Shown in pieces: positions 34,735 to 37,497 of a stretch of 37,497 nucleotides of DNA. Every line of letters begins with the position of its first letter. Position 1 is the stretch's first letter. Origin of the DNA: a virus; IMG/VR virus record IMGVR_UViG_2917938226_000001. One strand, 5' to 3'. The notes beneath the pieces were generated by a model. It was not told where the DNA came from and ran no database searches. It worked only from the letters and a program-made list of their open reading frames with translations. The translations under genes were made by a program, and so were the position numbers.

Positions 34735-35546
34735 TACCTCTCCAGGGCCGCCCGAAGCGCGGCCAAGTCCTCGCGGAACGCCCCCGCTTCAGATTCGTGG
34801 ATCTCGCCGGTCGCGACCCACTCCTCAACCACGTCCGCAGCTGCGGACAGGTACTCCTCCACGGTCTGCGGGATCTCCCCGCTCTCCCAGACCGCACACT
34901 GGTCGTCCCGGACCGATATCAGCGGGGACGACCACACCACGGGGGCCACCAGCCGCCCCGCACCCCCGTGCGCGTCAGCCCACCGGATCACCTCAGGCCA
35001 GGAGACCCCATCCGGGGAGGAGGAGGGGAGGACCGCGTCGATCCCCTTGATGGCCTCCTCGTACTCTGCGACCTCCTCGGGGGAGATTGAGACGGGCTCC
35101 TCGTGGGCCCACACGTCGAGGGCGAGAGTCACACCCTCCAGCGCGTCGAGTACGGTCGTTGGGATCTCCCCACTCTCCCATACCCAGTACTCGCGCCCGT
35201 CGTAGCAGGGGCGGACCGATACCTCAGGGGAGGCGACGACCTCCTGCACCGCTTTGAGGGCCTCAGGGATGTGCTCTGCGGCCCACTCACGCACCTCATC
35301 GAGGGTGACCGAGCCTGCAGCCCGCACCCGATACATGGGCTCGCCGGTCTCGATGAGCCCCTCCTCGGTGATCCTGCGGATAGTCTCTCCTGGGACGACT
35401 GCGAGGTCGATAGTCTCCCCCTCTCCCTCAAAGGCCCCGATGAGCCCTGCGGGGGTCCAGTCGTCCGCACCGTCGCGGATAATCGCAGTCTCCCCCAACG
35501 GAGCGCACAGACGGCGCACCGCTTCCAATTCCGTCATTACTGTCAT
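34734..35546 (-). CDS. Acidic hypothetical protein with internal duplication
   Basis: SVR...VWESGEIP motif occurs twice. Confidence 0.72.
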   Translation of the reverse strand: MTVMTELEAVRRLCAPLGETAIIRDGADDWTPAGLIGAFEGEGETIDLAVVPGETIRRITEEGLIETGEPMYRVRAAGSVTLDEVREWAAEHIPEALKAVQEVVASPEVSVRPCYDGREYWVWESGEIPTTVLDALEGVTLALDVWAHEEPVSISPEEVAEYEEAIKGIDAVLPSSSPDGVSWPEVIRWADAHGGAGRLVAPVVWSSPLISVRDDQCAVWESGEIPQTVEEYLSAAADVVEEWVATGEIHESEAGAFREDLAALRAALER

Positions 35547-35597
35547 GTTCTATCTCCCGTCTTCACCCTCCTCGCGAGAGGAGGGATCCAACGCAAG

Positions 35598-35646
35598 CCC
35601 TGGAGGGGGAGTCGGACCCCCTCGCGGCCACCTGGCCAGGGTACTC
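35598..35646. repeat. 49-bp structured direct repeat, copy 1
   Basis: CCCTGGAGGGGGAGTCGGACCCCCTCGCGGCCACCTGGCCAGGGTACTC, identical at 35999-36047. Confidence 0.9.
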
Positions 35647-35863
35647 AGTCGTAGAGGCTATACAGGTCGGGGTCGTCGTCGAGGATCTCGCGGATGAACC
35701 GCTCCAGAGCTTCGGGACTCAGAGGGAGACCCTCCCTCCAAAGAAACCGTGCGAGACTCTCCAGTACCTCCTGGGAGTCGCGGCCCTCGCCCCAATCCCA
35801 GCCAATAACTCCGCTATTGAGGACCTCGGTCCTCGCGTCCGTGATTGTAGTATAGTAACTCAT
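35645..35863 (-). CDS. Small hypothetical protein
   Basis: MSYYTTITDART..., GGAG RBS; lies between the two 49-bp repeats. Confidence 0.62.
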   Translation of the reverse strand: MSYYTTITDARTEVLNSGVIGWDWGEGRDSQEVLESLARFLWREGLPLSPEALERFIREILDDDPDLYSLYD

Positions 35864-35998
35864 TATCCATCTCCTGTAGAGCGCAGGGTCGGACCCCCCT
35901 TGGGGCCCCACCCCGCTCCACAATACTATGTTATACATAATACTATATATAACTTCCTCTCCCTTCACCGGTCCCCCGTGGGGACCGGATCCGGGAAA

Positions 35999-36047
35999 CC
36001 CTGGAGGGGGAGTCGGACCCCCTCGCGGCCACCTGGCCAGGGTACTC
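35999..36047. repeat. 49-bp structured direct repeat, copy 2
   Basis: Identical to 35598-35646. Confidence 0.9.
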
Positions 36048-36138
36048 CATACTACTACATTATACATACAAGTATTTATAATTAACTATCCGTACCATAT
36101 CAGTAAACTATATATAATATTATGTATAAGTTAGTAGT

Positions 36139-36564
36139 ATGGAGCATATGGAGCAGAAACAGGTACCTCTCTTCACGGAGGTGGATCTGATTTCGATCTA
36201 CACCAGGGAGGACGCAATTAGAGATGGCCTCCTGGTGGACGTATCAGAGATGGGCCGCGAGGCTGGGTTTAGGATCCCGGTCGCGGTCACGCGAAAGTTG
36301 TGGGACGAGTATATAGTACCTGACCCGCGCTCTGTCCCCTACGGCCAGAGTGTGGACGGTCGCCTCTGGGATACCCTGTGGATGAGCCACCTCGCGGCCC
36401 GCTGCAGGCCGGACACGGACCGCGTGCAGTACAGCGTGCAGTACAAGGTCATCTACATCATGAAAACCGCACAGCGGAGGGGGATCACTCTGGAGATGCG
36501 GGTCGGGGCCGCAGACCCACAGGGTCGCCCCTGCATCACGATCATGCTCCCGGGGGAGGACTGA
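36139..36564 (+). CDS. DUF6573-like protein
   Basis: IYTREDAIRDGLLVDVS...PVAVTRKLW...GRLWDTLWM...ITIMLPGED. Confidence 0.78.
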   Translation: MEHMEQKQVPLFTEVDLISIYTREDAIRDGLLVDVSEMGREAGFRIPVAVTRKLWDEYIVPDPRSVPYGQSVDGRLWDTLWMSHLAARCRPDTDRVQYSVQYKVIYIMKTAQRRGITLEMRVGAADPQGRPCITIMLPGED

Positions 36565-36791
36565 TGGACCCCGCCCCACATCCTCGGACCACCAGGATGC
36601 TGATCGGCGATGTGGAGATCGTCGATAGCGTCGAGGACAACCGCGTGCAGGTGTTTTTCCCCGGCAAGCCGGCCGAGGAGGTGCGCAAGCGGCTCAAGTC
36701 GTCCGGGTTCCGGTGGTCGCCCAGGAACGGGTGTTGGCAATCGTACCGCGGTGCGGGGTACCTCGCCGCGGCGCAAAAAATAGTTTCCTAA
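36564..36791 (+). CDS. Small protein resembling the C-terminal domain of DUF3560-type proteins
   Basis: NRVQVFFPGKPAEEVRKRLKSSGFRWSPRNGCWQ. Confidence 0.68.
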   Translation: MDPAPHPRTTRMLIGDVEIVDSVEDNRVQVFFPGKPAEEVRKRLKSSGFRWSPRNGCWQSYRGAGYLAAAQKIVS

Positions 36792-36797
36792 TCTACT

Positions 36798-37337
36798 CTA
36801 TTTTTCCCACTTCGTAACCATAAAGCGGCCAAACGGCCCCTTCCGTTCTGGCCGGAAGTCCAGAAGGCCGACCTTCGCCCCTGCATCATCCACGACCGTC
36901 CTGAGTTGCGCCTCCGTCAGCATTTCAGGATCGTAATCGAGGGTGAACCGAACTTCCCACTGGTCCAGACGCGGACGGTACCGAACTATCCGGCCCTTTG
37001 TCGCAGAGATCACGACGGGGCGCGCGTCGATCTTGTAGTCGGTCGTCCCCAGGCCGCACTGGTCCGGGGAAACGAACACGCAGGCCGCCACGGGTTTTTG
37101 CAGGCTGGCCCTGCCTTTCCCCTTCGAGTAGACCGCTGCGGCGATCAATGCCCTCTGGATCGCAACGCCAGGAATGTACAGTTCCTTCGTCTCTTCGTCG
37201 CGGTATGCGGCTATCTCTGCCTGTTCCTCTTTCGACTTCTTTTCAATCGCATGCACGGGTTCCATGGGGAATCGGTGCATAAGGAGAGCAGATCCCTCAA
37301 CGCCCTCAATTGTTACTTTAACTTTTTTTACAGCCAT
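36798..37337 (-). CDS. Stand-alone Cas7/RAMP-like protein, putative Vipr-type effector of the GGY-NN array
   Basis: N-terminal beta strand VKVTIEG..LLMH, LYIPGVAIQRALIAAA (RAMP YIPGSSxKG-like), W-V-F-L strand, C-terminal Gly-rich loop GAKVGLLDFRPERKGPFGRF; immediately downstream of the pentamer array. Confidence 0.8.
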   Translation of the reverse strand: MAVKKVKVTIEGVEGSALLMHRFPMEPVHAIEKKSKEEQAEIAAYRDEETKELYIPGVAIQRALIAAAVYSKGKGRASLQKPVAACVFVSPDQCGLGTTDYKIDARPVVISATKGRIVRYRPRLDQWEVRFTLDYDPEMLTEAQLRTVVDDAGAKVGLLDFRPERKGPFGRFMVTKWEK

Positions 37338-37340
37338 AAT

Positions 37341-37425
37341 TTACCTCGCCTCGCCGTGCCGTGCCTCGCCGTGCCGTGCCTCGCCATGCCAAACCTCACC
37401 TGGCCTTACCATGCCGGGCCTCGCC
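37341..37425 (-). ncRNA. GGY-NN pentamer tract 1 (17 perfect units), putative guide RNA or leader
   Basis: Minus-strand NN series GA CC AT AA CA GA TT AT GA AC AC GA AC AC GA GA AA; ends 3 nt before the ATG. Confidence 0.88.
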
Positions 37426-37497
37426 GCGATCCCCTCACCCTCACGGGATCATCGGGGGAAAGCCGTCATGGAGGTCTGACCCTCCACGGCGGTAAAC
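37403..37497. repeat. Terminal direct repeat, right copy
   Basis: Identical to 1-95. Confidence 0.92.

Noticed and set aside
36775-36785. Contiguous match AAAAAATAGTT to the concatenated NN of tract 2
   Set aside because: Only 11 low-complexity bases; not significant

Overview
The window looks like a complete circular genome (about 37,402 bp; bases 1-95 equal 37403-37497) of an archaeal virus. The host is inferred to be a high-GC methanogen such as Methanoculleus/Methanomicrobiales, based on the archaeal pilin, DUF2080 proteins, TATA boxes, GGTGA/GGAGG RBSs and poly-T terminators. The virus is probably spindle-shaped: it encodes a helical-hairpin major capsid protein candidate plus two smaller paralog candidates, a P-loop ATPase, and large membrane-anchored spike-like proteins, with no HK97 capsid, portal or terminase recognised. 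Modules: P4/D5-type SF3 helicase with an iteron origin (10.7-13.5 kb); DNA-modification cluster (dual-frame C5 methyltransferase, truncated DpdA-like gene, radical SAM); morphogenesis operon (15.7-25.5 kb); accessory region (rhomboid protease, HNH, serine recombinase, N6-adenine methyltransferase). Main discovery: across the contig junction on the minus strand lies a TATA-driven array of three tracts of strictly phased GGY-NN pentamers (12, 15 and 17 units, variable NN). The tracts are separated by a 70-nt double-hairpin repeat and run straight into a stand-alone 179-aa Cas7/RAMP-like gene. This looks like a programmable RNA-guided viral system with a non-contiguous code, and matches my recollection of VIPR-type systems (recall only, to be verified). 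All protein family calls are from motif recognition by eye, not database searches.
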